Shown here one piece after another: positions 45,606 to 56,379 of a stretch of 64,000 bases of DNA. Position 1 is the first letter of the stretch; the number at the start of each line of letters is the position of its first letter. Under the pieces are notes generated by a model. It saw nothing but the letters and a program-made list of their open reading frames with translations, ran no database searches and was not told where the DNA came from. The position numbers and the translations under genes are program-made. Source of the stretch: Caecitellus pseudoparvulus (lineage: Eukaryota; Protista; Bigyra: Bicosoecida); NCBI GenBank assembly GCA_965644315.1, contig CBFFRQ010000081.1, forward strand, positions 372,001-436,000. The letters run 5' to 3'.

Positions 45606-47403
45606 ATGTCCGCGGGGGATGCGTCTGCCACGGTGGCCAGCTCCAGTGGCAGCGCAGCGACGCCCCCAGGCCTCGTGCAGGTGCGCCTGGGCACGCTGCG
45701 CCGTCCAGCTTGCCCTGCGCTCACGACGGATCCCCTGGCCACTCCCTGCACAGGCGCACGCACTGCTCAGCCAGCTGGGTCAATCCAGCGACAGGGTGGT
45801 GCGTGCGCGTTTCGGCAGGTAACGCCAGCGTCCCCTCCTGGCCCACGCCGCGCCTTGCGCGCCTGTCAACACAGGCGACAGCTCAAGTGTTTGGGGACAT
45901 TCTCAGCTTGGTGACGCCCTTGGAGGACCAGCAGCACCCCCTGCCAGTGCGCTCTCGTGCGCTGCTGCTGCACGGCTTGGCCACGCTGCGCGTGGCAGGC
46001 AGCCCCCCCACCACGCCTGCAGGGTCCAGCGGTGCGCCATCCCCCGCCCCGCAAGGCGGCGTGCCAGAGGGGCACCCAGGCATCTCCGCGCAGACCCAGG
46101 CAGATGCCGTGCAATTGCTCCAGCAGGCCTGCAAGCTGGACCCCGGCAACATGCACGCGTGGGACGAGCTGGGCGTGGCGCTGTACGGGCAGGGTGACTT
46201 GCTGGGCGCCCGGGCCTGCTTCGAGGGCGCCGTGCAGGCGGGCGGCGGGGCGGAGCATCTGGGCCGCCTCAGCACTGTGCTGCGGGGTCTGGCCAAGCAC
46301 GTCGGGCAGCGGGACGCGGCGGAGGCGCTGGTGGCGGAGAGCGTCGTGCGGGCCAAGGAGGCGGTGGCGGTGGCGCCGGGCAACCCCACTGCGCTGCGTG
46401 AGTGGGCGCGGCGGCGGCGGCGGCGGGTGCGGCGGCAGCCCAGGCCGCGCGTGCACTCCACTCACCCCTCTCGCTCCCTCTCTCCGCAGAAGCGCTGGGC
46501 AACGGGTACATGACGCAGTACACCACCACCCGCACCCTGGACGCTGCCAGCCGCAGCGTCAAGGCGTACCAAATGGCCCTGAAAGCGCTGAGCTCAGGGA
46601 GCGATGGCGGGAAGGGGGGAGAGGGGGGGGTGCGCCCCCCCCCCCCCCGCATCCCAGCGGACGAACAGGTGGCGCTGTACATCAACTGTGGCCAGATGCT
46701 GCGCGCCGTGGGGGAGCGTGAGCGGGGCGTGGGCATGTTCCGCCTCGCCGCCAAGCTGGCGCTGGAAGCAGGGGACACCCACGGCAAGGCCTCCGCTGTG
46801 GCTGCCTGGGGCGAGTCCGTGCGGTGGGTGGAGGGCGCCGCGGCGGAGGTGAGTGCCGCCTTGCGTGGGCAGCGGCGGCAGCGGGCGTCCCGGGCCAGCG
46901 GCATGCCGCCTTGGTACGTGGCTGGCGGCAGCGTGGCCCTGAGCACCCTGCTGGAGGGGGGCGGCGGCGCGGGTGCTGCCGACACCCAAGCGACAGTGGT
47001 GACACTTGAAAGCCTCGTCAGCAGCGGCGGTGGTGGTGGGGGGGGGGACACCATCACTGCCGGGCGCGTGCTGGGGCAGGTGGCGGCCAGTGGGGATGGG
47101 CAGGACCCCACGACGCTGGTGCTGGGCGACGGCAGGGCTGCGGTGGGCTTGGCGCTGTACCACATGCGGTCAGAGGACCAGGTGCCTCACCTGCGCCCCA
47201 GTGATGTGGTGGTGGTGCTGGCGCCGCGGGTGACGGTGGCGCGCCCAGGCGTCCTGAGGCGGGGGGCGGAGGGCGCCGAGGTCAGCCCCCCCCTCACCCT
47301 CCTGCACGTGTACGAGGCGCGGGAGGTGCTGGTGAACGGGTCCCCCCTCCGGCGCGTCGTGCCCTCCACGGCCATGGTGGATGATGCCACCTCACGCAAG
47401 TAA
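45606..47403 (+). CDS. TTC5: TTC5/Strap-like TPR protein with a C-terminal OB fold
   Basis: LQQACKLDPGNMHAWDELG..GARACFEGA..LGRLSTVLR..ESVVRAKEAV..LGNGY, then C-terminal GLALYH..DVVVVLAP..EVLVNG. Several short introns. Confidence 0.75.
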
Positions 47404-47573
47404 TGCAGAGTGCCCACCCCGCCACATCCCCCGCCCCTCCCTGCACGCTGCCATGTCACACAGTGGTGGGTGTGCTTGACGTGTCGGTGCGCTGTGCACT
47501 TGCGTGCCTGCTGCCCAGAGCGCCCCGCTGGCGCAGTCTGTTGGACGGGCTCTATTTCCGCACCAGACCAACC

Positions 47574-49335
47574 ATGGCCGCTGACATTGCTGCGCAGCAG
47601 GCCCAGGTGCAGGCGATGTTTGGCTCCGACTCTGATTCAGAGGAAGATGCCGTGGGGGTGGGAGTGGGCACTGCGCCGGCGGCGCCGGCGCCTAGCGCGG
47701 CAGGTGTGGCGGGCTTGCTGGGCGACAGCGACTTGGAGGAGGATGAAGCGCCCGCGCCCACTCGCTTGAAGTTGAAGGTGAAGGGGGTGCGTCCCGTGCC
47801 CCGTGGCATGCGCTGCGTGTGTGGGTTGCTGCAGCACCCGCGCCCCCCACCCCGCAGAGCAAGGGAAGCAGGGGCAAGAAGCGTGCTCGGCAAGGTGCGT
47901 GAGCGGCAAGAGGGCGGCAGCCCCCACTCAACCCCCCCCCCCCCCACACACACACACACACATCCCCGCCTCTCACTTCGCAGAGTCCCCCAGGCGCAGT
48001 GGCAGCGATGCAGCACCAGCGCCCAGTCCTGCCGTGGCGGAGGGTGACGAGTACGACTCCGAGCCTGACGATGGCCCCACCGCGGAAGATGACGCGTTTC
48101 TGGACACAGCCGAGGACGACGCGGAGCTGCTGGCAGAGTACTCCAAGCAGAAGCAAGACTTCAAGGATGTCCGGCCCGAGGGCGAGGCGCCCCAGCGCGA
48201 GACGCAGGCAGAGATCGTGGAGCGCGTGTTTGTGCGTGGCGCAGCGGCACGGCGCACGCTGCACGCACAGCACACACCCGCCACCCCAAGCGCACGTGCG
48301 CAGAGCAAGAAGAGCAAGAAACGCCGCAAGGCAGAAACAGATGACGAGCGACATGCGGCTGCGAGGGAGGTGATCCTGCTCATGCTGGAGAGTGCGGAAG
48401 CTGACAAGGCCGCACGGCAACGCGGCATGCCGCAACTGCACAAGCTGCAGGTGCTGGACAAGGTGAGCAGCGCGTGCAGGTCAAAAAACATCCAGAGCAT
48501 TCTGCTGGATGGGCCCCGCGAGGCAGGCGGCAATGGCGGCACGACGCCGCTGCTGGTGGCCATGCGGGACTGGCTGGCACCAACGTTGCAACGCAGCGCC
48601 GACGGCACGCAGCGCTTGCGCCTGCCCCCTGCCCGCATCCGCACGGAGTGCTACGAGTTGTTGGACCAGTTGGACCTTGAGCCGTTCCACCTGCGCATCA
48701 GCCACCTGGGCCAGGTGCTGCTGGCGTTTTACAAGAGCCCTGAGGAAACGACGCAGAACCGTGCCAAGCTCAAGGCCCTCATTGAGAAGTGGCAGCGGCC
48801 CATCTTCCACAAGCGGGCAACCTACAAGGGCTCGACGAACGACTTGTTCAAGGAAAGCATCGCTCGCAGTGCCCGGGCGGCCAGCGCGTGGAAATCTGCG
48901 CGTGCAGACTCCGCTGCTGCGGCGCTGGGCGCACAGGCCACCGGCATGGAGGCATATGCCGCAGCGGCCAAGGCAGACGCGCTGGCGCCTGCCTTTGACC
49001 TGGGCGCTGCCATCAACACAGGCGCGACGGAGTACGGCTCCAAGTCCAAGTCGTACCGTGCCTATGTGCCGCAGCCCGCCAACGTGCGCTTCCGCACCGT
49101 GCCCAAGGCCAGCATCGCAGCGGACCGCCGAGCAGCGGAGGAGGCGGTGGATGCCGCCGACCGCATGGCGGGCGTGGAGGAAGCGATGGAAGTGCCTACT
49201 GCAGGCAGTGGTCGCAAGGTGTCTTCCGCCAACGCCACGAACGTCGCTCGGCGGCGCATGGTGGCCAAGGCCAAGGCTGCACAGCGTGCCGGCAGCTTCC
49301 GCGCCAACATGAGCATTGAGGGCAGGGGTCTGTGA
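47574..49335 (+). CDS. IWS1: Transcription elongation factor IWS1/Spn1
   Basis: Acidic N-terminus. TFIIS-N-type domain LHKLQVL..MRDWLAP..LP..IR..HLRISHLGQVLLAFYKSPEETTQNRAKLKALIEKWQRPIF. Ends MSIEGRGL. Confidence 0.9.
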
Positions 49336-49371
49336 AGCTGTGTACAGGTGCATTGGTGGCGCCGCCAGGCA

Positions 49372-50856
49372 TCATGCCTTGCCTTCAGCAGGCGCGCTAG
49401 GGGCAGGCGGTGGCGCCGACGCGGCCTGCAGCGCAGCAGCAAGTTCCGCACGCGTGCTGGGCGCCGTGGGTTCATCACCCTGCTCCTCCGGCGTCAGGGC
49501 TGACCACAGGGCGTCAAACTCAGCCAACTGCTTGGCGGCTTCTGCGTCTTGTCCGTGGTTGTACAAGGACACGGCCCAATTCAACCGCGTGATGGGTGAG
49601 GACGGGTCCAGCTTGGCAGCTTGCGCGTAGGCAGCGGTGGCGTTGGCGACGTCACCCAGTCGAGCCAGCGCCACCGCCAACAACTGCACTGGCGCCGCGA
49701 CATCCTTGCTGAGGTTGACGCTGGCAGAGAGGTAGTGGAAGGCAGAGGCGTACTGCTCCGAGGCCAGGTGCAGCAGGCCCAGGTTGTAGCTGACAATCCA
49801 CTCGAAGGGGTCCAGGTACTGCGCTCGCTTGAGGCAGGCGATGGCGGCGACGAACTTGCCCTTGCCGTAGAAGCACATGCCGATGTTGTTCCACAGGTGC
49901 GGCGAGTGCGGCGTGACGACGGCCGCCACCCTGTACTTGGACAGGGCCACGTCATACTCCTGGTGGTCCTGGATGATGCTGCCTGCCGCCAGGATGGTCT
50001 GTGGCGGGGGGGAGGGGGGGCATGCACGCAGGCACAGCCAGCGTGTGGACGACGGCGCCGCGGCCTCACCTTGGCATCCCGCGGGTCCAGGGTCAGGCTG
50101 GACCCCAGGAACTCGAAGGCCCTCAAGTTGTCCTCCAAGTGCAGGTGCAGCAGGCCAAGCTGGGTCAGCACGGCGGGGCTGTCAGGGCAGAACTCCAGCG
50201 CTTCCTGCAGGATGCCCACCGCGTCAGCAAAGTGACCCTGCACAGCCTGGGCGTTGGCCATGGCCAGGAATGTGCTCTCGTGGCGCTGGATGCTGTTGGC
50301 GTCCTCGAAGGCAGCCATGGCCTCATCGTAACGCCGGAGGTACACCAGGCACATGCCCTGAGCATGGTACACCTCCCAGTCCTCATCACCGTCAGGCAGG
50401 GCCAGAACGTCCCTGTACACATCCACGGCGGCCTTGTGCTTGCCCATGAGGTACCTGCGCGCATGCGGCATGCGCAGGCTGCACAACGGCAGCGGGCTGG
50501 CGTTTCAGCGTTTCAGGCACACACAGTGACCGAGCCACCTGCTTCAAATGCACGGGGCTCTTGGGGTTCAGGAAGTTCGCAGCTTGGAAGAGCTGCATGG
50601 ACTCTTGGATTTCCCCTCGCTGGCGCAAGACGAGGCCTGTGCCGTGCGTGGCAAGCGGAGTGCCCTGCAGCGGCCTGGCCTGCGGTGCCGGCACCTGCTC
50701 ACCTTTGATGTACAGGGCATGCTCAGACAGGCCCCGCGTCGCATGCAGCTGCTGCTCGATCAGCTCCAAGCACTCGTCGAAGGCCTTGCGCACGTAGAGC
50801 TGGTGAATGAGCCAGTTCCGCTTCTCGAGGCGCGTCGCGGCTGCCACAGCTGCCAT
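49372..50856 (-). CDS. BBS4: BBSome subunit BBS4
   Basis: EKRNWLIHQLYVRK..ALYIK|GLVLRQRGEIQESMQLFQ..LKQVARSL|YLMGKHKAA..DWEVYH..LWNNIGMCFYGKGKFVAAIACLKRA..QYASAFHYLSA. Confidence 0.95.
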
Positions 50857-51246
50857 GCTGGCGCACGCCCTGAGCCGCGGCAGGCCAGGCGCCCGTGGCG
50901 GCACCCTCGGCAGGCGGGAAGTCGTAGTCGGACCACGGGGGGAGGGGAGGGTGGCGAGGCGGCGGCGGGGGCAGTGCAGTGCCCAGCTTCCCGGCGTGGG
51001 GTTGACGGCGGCGGCAGCGGGGTGGCGACCGGTGCGAGTTTTGCGCCAGAGAGCCTGAGCCAGCGCCAGAGCCACCACCCCCCCCCCACACACACACACT
51101 GCCGACCAAGCAAGCGAACAAACAGCCGGCCCTGCATCCACGCCCCCCCTGCACTTCCCCAACCCCAGTATCTCCTCGCCCCTGCTCACAGTGAGCGCAC
51201 TACACGCTGCCACAGCGCTGTACCGCCACCACCCCGAGCATCAACC

Positions 51247-52737
51247 ATGTTCTCATCTCTGTACAAGGAGCTGCCCGGCGCAGCCTCCCTGCTGCCCGGT
51301 GCCGGCCGCAAGGATGCCAAGAGTGACTCCACCGCCCTGGTGGCTGCCCGCAAGAGCGTGCAGGCGTACTCTGGCTCTGAGGTGCACGATTCGTGCGTAT
51401 TCCCCGCCGGGGCGCCTGCAAAGTTCCGCACCATCACGGCCGTCACGCACCATGGCCCCCGCGCCCCCGCCCCATCACAGCACCTACTACGCCAAGTGCA
51501 TGGTGGGCGGCATCCTCTCGTGAGTGCTTTGGGGGACCCTGCGCGGCGGCGCCGCGCCACACGGCGTCAGCACCAGGGCGGTGCGTGCCAACCCCGCTTG
51601 AAGCCAACGCGCACCCTGCACGCCACGCGCCCTTCCCAGCTGCGGTCTGACTCACGCTGCCATCACCCCTCTGGATGTGGTGAAGTGCCGCATGCAGGTG
51701 TGTCCCGACTGCGCGCCTCTGAGCGACTGGTGCCGTGTGCTTGCAACCCAATTCCGCCGCCGCCTGCGCAGACCAACCCCGAGGTGTACACCGGCGTCTT
51801 CAAGGGCTTCAACATCATCAGCAACATGCCCGGTGGCCTGTGCGTGATGAGCCTCGGGTGCCAGAGCGCCAGCGTCGCTTTTCACACTTCCCGTCGCATG
51901 CCTGCTGTGGTCCTTGCACCCGTCACCCGCCGCCGCTTCACTGCAGGGTCGCCAACGGCACCGTCGGCTTCCTGCCCACCTTCATCGGGTACTCGTGCGT
52001 GCCTGGCTGTCCCGTGCGCACACGTTGTTGGCGCGGGCCTGCACGCCCCCCCCCCTCCCTCTCACCGCAGCATGCAAGGCCTGTTCAAGTTCGGCCTGTA
52101 CGAGATCTTCAAGGATGTGTACGCCGGCGTGGTGGGCCCCGAGAACGCCTTCAACTACCGCACCTTCGTCTTCCTGGCCGCCTCTGCCTCCGCCGAGTTC
52201 TTCGCCGACATGGCGCTGTGCCCCATGGAGGCCGTCAAGGTGCGCATGCAGACGTCCCCCCCTGAGGCCAAGTTCCCCACGGAGCTGTCCGCCGCCATCA
52301 ACAAGATCAAGAGCGCGGAGGGCACCAACGGCTTCTTCAAGGGCCTCACGCCGCTGTGGGGGCGCCAGATCCCCTACACCATGGTCAAGTTCGCCGCCTT
52401 CGAGCGCGTCGTGGAGTTCTTCTACAACAACGTCTTCACCGCCGGCCGCGAGAACTACGGCAAGAGCACGCAGCTGGGCATCACCTTCGCCTCTGGCTAC
52501 ATCGCGGGTGTCTTCTGCGCCATCGTGTCCCACCCCGCCGACACCATCGTGTCCAAGCTGAACCAGAACTCCGAGGGCGGCATCGGCGCCATCGTGAAGG
52601 AGATGGGCATCTGGAACCTGGCCACCAAGGGCCTGGGCGCCCGCATCTTCATGATCGGCACCCTCACCGGCCTGCAGTGGTGGATCTACGACACCTTCAA
52701 GGTGGCGGTGGGCCTGAAGACCTCTGGCGGCAAGTAA
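51247..52737 (+). CDS. SLC25A3: Mitochondrial phosphate carrier
   Basis: Multi-exon. QGLFKFGLYEIFK, ASASAEFFADMALCPMEAVKVRMQT, PLWGRQIPYTMVKFA, CAIVSHPADT, MIGTLTGLQWWIYD. Strong C-ending codon bias. Confidence 0.96.
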   Translation: MFSSLYKELPGAASLLPGAGRKDAKSDSTALVAARKSVQAYSGSEVHDSCVFPAGAPAKFRTITAVTHHGPRAPAPSQHLLRQVHGGRHPLVSALGDPARRRRATRRQHQGGACQPRLKPTRTLHATRPSQLRSDSRCHHPSGCGEVPHAGVSRLRASERLVPCACNPIPPPPAQTNPEVYTGVFKGFNIISNMPGGLCVMSLGCQSASVAFHTSRRMPAVVLAPVTRRRFTAGSPTAPSASCPPSSGTRACLAVPCAHVVGAGLHAPPPPSHRSMQGLFKFGLYEIFKDVYAGVVGPENAFNYRTFVFLAASASAEFFADMALCPMEAVKVRMQTSPPEAKFPTELSAAINKIKSAEGTNGFFKGLTPLWGRQIPYTMVKFAAFERVVEFFYNNVFTAGRENYGKSTQLGITFASGYIAGVFCAIVSHPADTIVSKLNQNSEGGIGAIVKEMGIWNLATKGLGARIFMIGTLTGLQWWIYDTFKVAVGLKTSGGK

Positions 52738-53231
52738 GCGCTGGCGTGGAGCTGTGGCGGGCCGCTCTGTGCGCCAGAGCCGCCCAGCAGCCCCTGCTCA
52801 CAATGCACGAGGCTGCCATGTCAGTGGCGTGCAGTGTGTGTTGAGAACAGTGCATTGAGGAGTGGGAGCGCAAGGCGGGGGTGGCTACGCACCGAGTGAG
52901 GCTGTGGGCTCCACGGCCACACGCCACAACACCTGCACAGGACGCGGCCAGGCACACAGGTGAGCGGGGCATGGACAGCAAGTGGACTGCAGACTGTAGG
53001 ACGAGACGCAGTGCCCTCAGCACGAGGTTTGTCAGCAGCATGGCTAAGTTCTCAAAGATTATGTGTACCATCAACGGGCAGCGTGTCAGTGCATTTTCCG
53101 CTGCAACACGTACCTTGAACGGGCCGTCGCAGCGGCGCGCTGCCCGGCATCATCCTGCCTGCATGCCCAGAACATGCCTGTGTGAACCTTCCCGGCATTG
53201 GAGTAAGTTTTGTGAATTGTGCAGAAGCGTG

Positions 53232-54026
53232 TCAACTGCTGGAGTGGCTCCGGGCCGCCAACTGTGCCGGCCGGGACAGCGGCCGCGCATCTGGCACCAC
53301 CGGCACTTCTGTTGGCCGCCGGTCCAGGTTGTTGTGCAGGTAGTCAGCATACCTCAGGAAGGGTCTCTCGGCGAGGGCTGTCTCCACGGCGCTGGGCACA
53401 GGGGCCAGTGTCAGGGTGGACGGCACGCCAGGGAGGCGGGAGCGACCCCACTTGGCAGCCACGTCAGGGGGCGCCACGTACCGCACAGACGCGTACGCTG
53501 CCGTGCGTGGTAGGGCCCACGTCGAGGGGGCTGTGTCTGCCAACGCACCGCCCCTGACCCGGGCGGCCTCCCAGGCCATGTGCCCCGCCCAGCCAGGCCG
53601 GGCCGCCTGCACGGCACGTGAGCCATGGCCACGCGCTGATCCAGGCAGATGTGTGTGGTTTGACGCCTTCCCAGGCGCCTGGCCTCGCTGTGCACCTGTT
53701 TGACGGGGTGCAGAGGCGTCGCGCCACGCGTGCTCAGATGCCTGTGGCCCACCTCGAGCCACAGCACACTGGGAGGACGCCCCTGCGCCACAAGCCTCCA
53801 GGCCTGTGTGTCGTGTACTTCTGGCTCTGTTGTCACCCTGCGCTGCTGCACCTGGAGCCACTCCTGCAGGCTGGTGGGAGCTGGAAGCACTATGTGTGGA
53901 AGGCGGCAAATTCCGCAGGCGTTGCTCTGCGACGCGGGGAGTCCACGGATCTCCCAGCGCCGCAGACACTGCCTGCAGCCTCTTCAAGAATGCCTCGCGG
54001 AGGTCATCACGTGGACAAGCCGCCAT
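53232..54026 (-). CDS. Hypothetical protein
   Basis: Open frame from an ATG at 54026 with protein-like segments (DDLREAFLKRLQAV, ERPFLRYADYLHNNLDRRP). It fills the gap between known genes. The 3' end is uncertain. Confidence 0.35.
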   Translation of the reverse strand: MAACPRDDLREAFLKRLQAVSAALGDPWTPRVAEQRLRNLPPSTHSASSSHQPAGVAPGAAAQGDNRARSTRHTGLEACGAGASSQCAVARGGPQASEHAWRDASAPRQTGAQRGQAPGKASNHTHLPGSARGHGSRAVQAARPGWAGHMAWEAARVRGGALADTAPSTWALPRTAAYASVRYVAPPDVAAKWGRSRLPGVPSTLTLAPVPSAVETALAERPFLRYADYLHNNLDRRPTEVPVVPDARPLSRPAQLAARSHSSS

Positions 54027-54434
54027 GCTGGCAACGGCACCCAGGTGCTCCGGCAACTCAGCTCCTGCGTCGCGTGGCGCCGAATTGCCCTGCCTCTGAC
54101 ACAGGAACGGCGCTGAAGCAGCCCTGAGCACGTCGTGTGTGCCACGGGTACCTAGCGTACCCTTCGAAGAATTGAGTGCGACGCACCATCTCCACGCCAA
54201 CGGCAAGCAGCCCCTCCCCCCCCCTCCTCGCCACCACTGCTCCCTCCTGAACGTTGGACAGGGCTTGAGCCAAGCCGCAGTGCGAGATAAAACGCACCCC
54301 CAACAAGGTGTGCCAATGCCACAGGAATTCCAAGTTTGCCCTGCTCCGACTGCACACCCATGGCTGCTGCCCACTCGGCTTGAGCCTGCCGTGTCGCAGA
54401 AGCTTGCTGGTCACCATTTTCCGCAGCTGGCAGC

Positions 54435-56379
54435 ATGCAAAGGGCAGGCCTTGCCGCAGGCCCAGTGCAGCCAGCGCGCAGCCTTGGCGGCAAGACGCCC
54501 CTACCACGCCGAGTGCGCCCGCAGTGGTGGGCTCAGCCCTTGCGGTGCTGCTTCCTCCTCCTGCTGTGTGCCGGGTGGCTTGCAGTCTGGCCAGGGGGGC
54601 TGTGGCCTGGCGCTGGCTCACGCCAGCAGCCCCTGGCGCACTCGGTGCTGCTGGCGCTGAACCTGTTCAACAGCGGGGACATCCTGCGCGCACAAATGCC
54701 TCACATGCTGGAGCTGGTGCGGCGCATCGGCGTGGACAATGTCTTTGTGTCGGTGTTTGAGAACGGTGCGTGGGCCGCGCTGCGGAGCGGGCGCCACACC
54801 CACACGCTCCCGCCACCTCCCTGCCGCAGGCTCCCATGACGACACGAAGCAGCTGCTGGAGGAGCTGCAGCACGAGCTCTCTGGCCTCGGCGTGCGACAC
54901 GCCATCACCACCTCCAACGCCACGTGGCGAGACTACCTGCCGACGCTGTACGGGCCACAGGCAGCACCTGAGTCAACCTCCTCCGCCGCCGCCGCCTCCA
55001 CACGCCACAAGCGCCTGGACCTGCGGGACATCTCCAGCACTGCCCGCATCCCAGTCATGGCTCGTGTGCGGAACCAGGCCTTGAAGCCGCTGTGGGCGGC
55101 GCCGTGGGTGCTTGCCGAGGGGGGCGGAGGGGCAGGTCGCGCTGCGACGACCGCCGGGTCAGGCCCCCTCCGTGTGGCCAACCCACTCGCAGGAGCACTG
55201 GGCGCAAGCGACACGGGTGCAGGGGCGTCCCTCCCGGAGTGGGCGCAGCGCGCAGTGCGGTCCCTGCTGTCCTTGGGCCCAGGCACGCCGCCCCTGCAGC
55301 GGCAACCAGGCAACCTCGGCCTGCCGGCACCCATCAAAGTCCTGTTCCTGAACGACATCCTTCTGCGCGCAGACGACGCGCTGGCACTGTTGGCGACGCG
55401 TGGCGGGCAGTATGACATGGCCTGTGCCCTGGACTTCGACTTGCTGCAGCTGTACGACACGTGGGTGGTGCGGGATGCTGCGGGGGGCACGCTGTCCCCG
55501 TGGTGGCCCCACCTGCGGCAGGCGGACGCCCAGGCGGCCCTCCGAGCTGGGAAGCCTTTCCCTGTGTCCCAGTGCTGGAATGGCATGGTGGCGCTGGATG
55601 CACCGGCACTGGTGGCCTCTGCAGCGCTGTTCCGGCCGTGGTACCCGGGCGAGCCTCGAGGGTCGCCGCCACCCCGCAACGCCAGCGACGCGCCGCCCCC
55701 TGCACAGCCCTGGATGCAGCACCTGCTGACATTGTGGCAGACAGTGCGCACTGTGTGGGTGCGGCCGCCGGGCGGGGGGCACTTCCCCCCGCCCCCAGCG
55801 TCGGAAGGCGAGTGGACGGCAGCAGTGCGGGCGGGAGTGACCAGCACCTCCTCCGCGCCCCTCATGCCGCCACCGCACCCCGTGGCGGATGCCGTCGCAC
55901 TGCGGGAGGGTGTGTACGGCGCCCGCACCTGTGCCGTGTCGGAGTGTGCATTGCTGGGGCGGGATTTGGCGCAGGCAGGCCACCCGCGCATCCTGGTGAA
56001 CCCGTCCGTGCGGGTGTACTACAACACCCTCACCTGGTGGCTGCAGCGGGGCCTCATGGAGCCCCTGGTGAACCCCCTCCTGCTGGCGTGGGCCAATCAG
56101 CCTGCCAGGGCGGTGGGCACCCTGCGTGGGTGTGGGCAGGTGGGCGACTGTGGCCGCGTGCCGCCCCAGGTCGCCCCCGGCACACCGGTGCCTCACACTG
56201 CCTGGTGGCGTGTCCTGGCCGACGACAGGGGTGGCGGCACGTCCCAGGCCACTACCCTGCAAATCACGACAGATTGGCCCCCGGGGCCCGCCTCTACGCC
56301 TTGTGGACTGAGCGGGGGGGAGTTGCTGGTGCCGCCGACCCCAACTCCGCCCGTTGTGGCTCCTGCTCCGAACAGCTGA
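54435..56379 (+). CDS. CAP59/CMT1-like glycosyltransferase (GT69), type II membrane protein
   Basis: Exons 54435-54765 and 54830-56379. TM anchor, then [84 protein letters not shown]. Confidence 0.88.
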
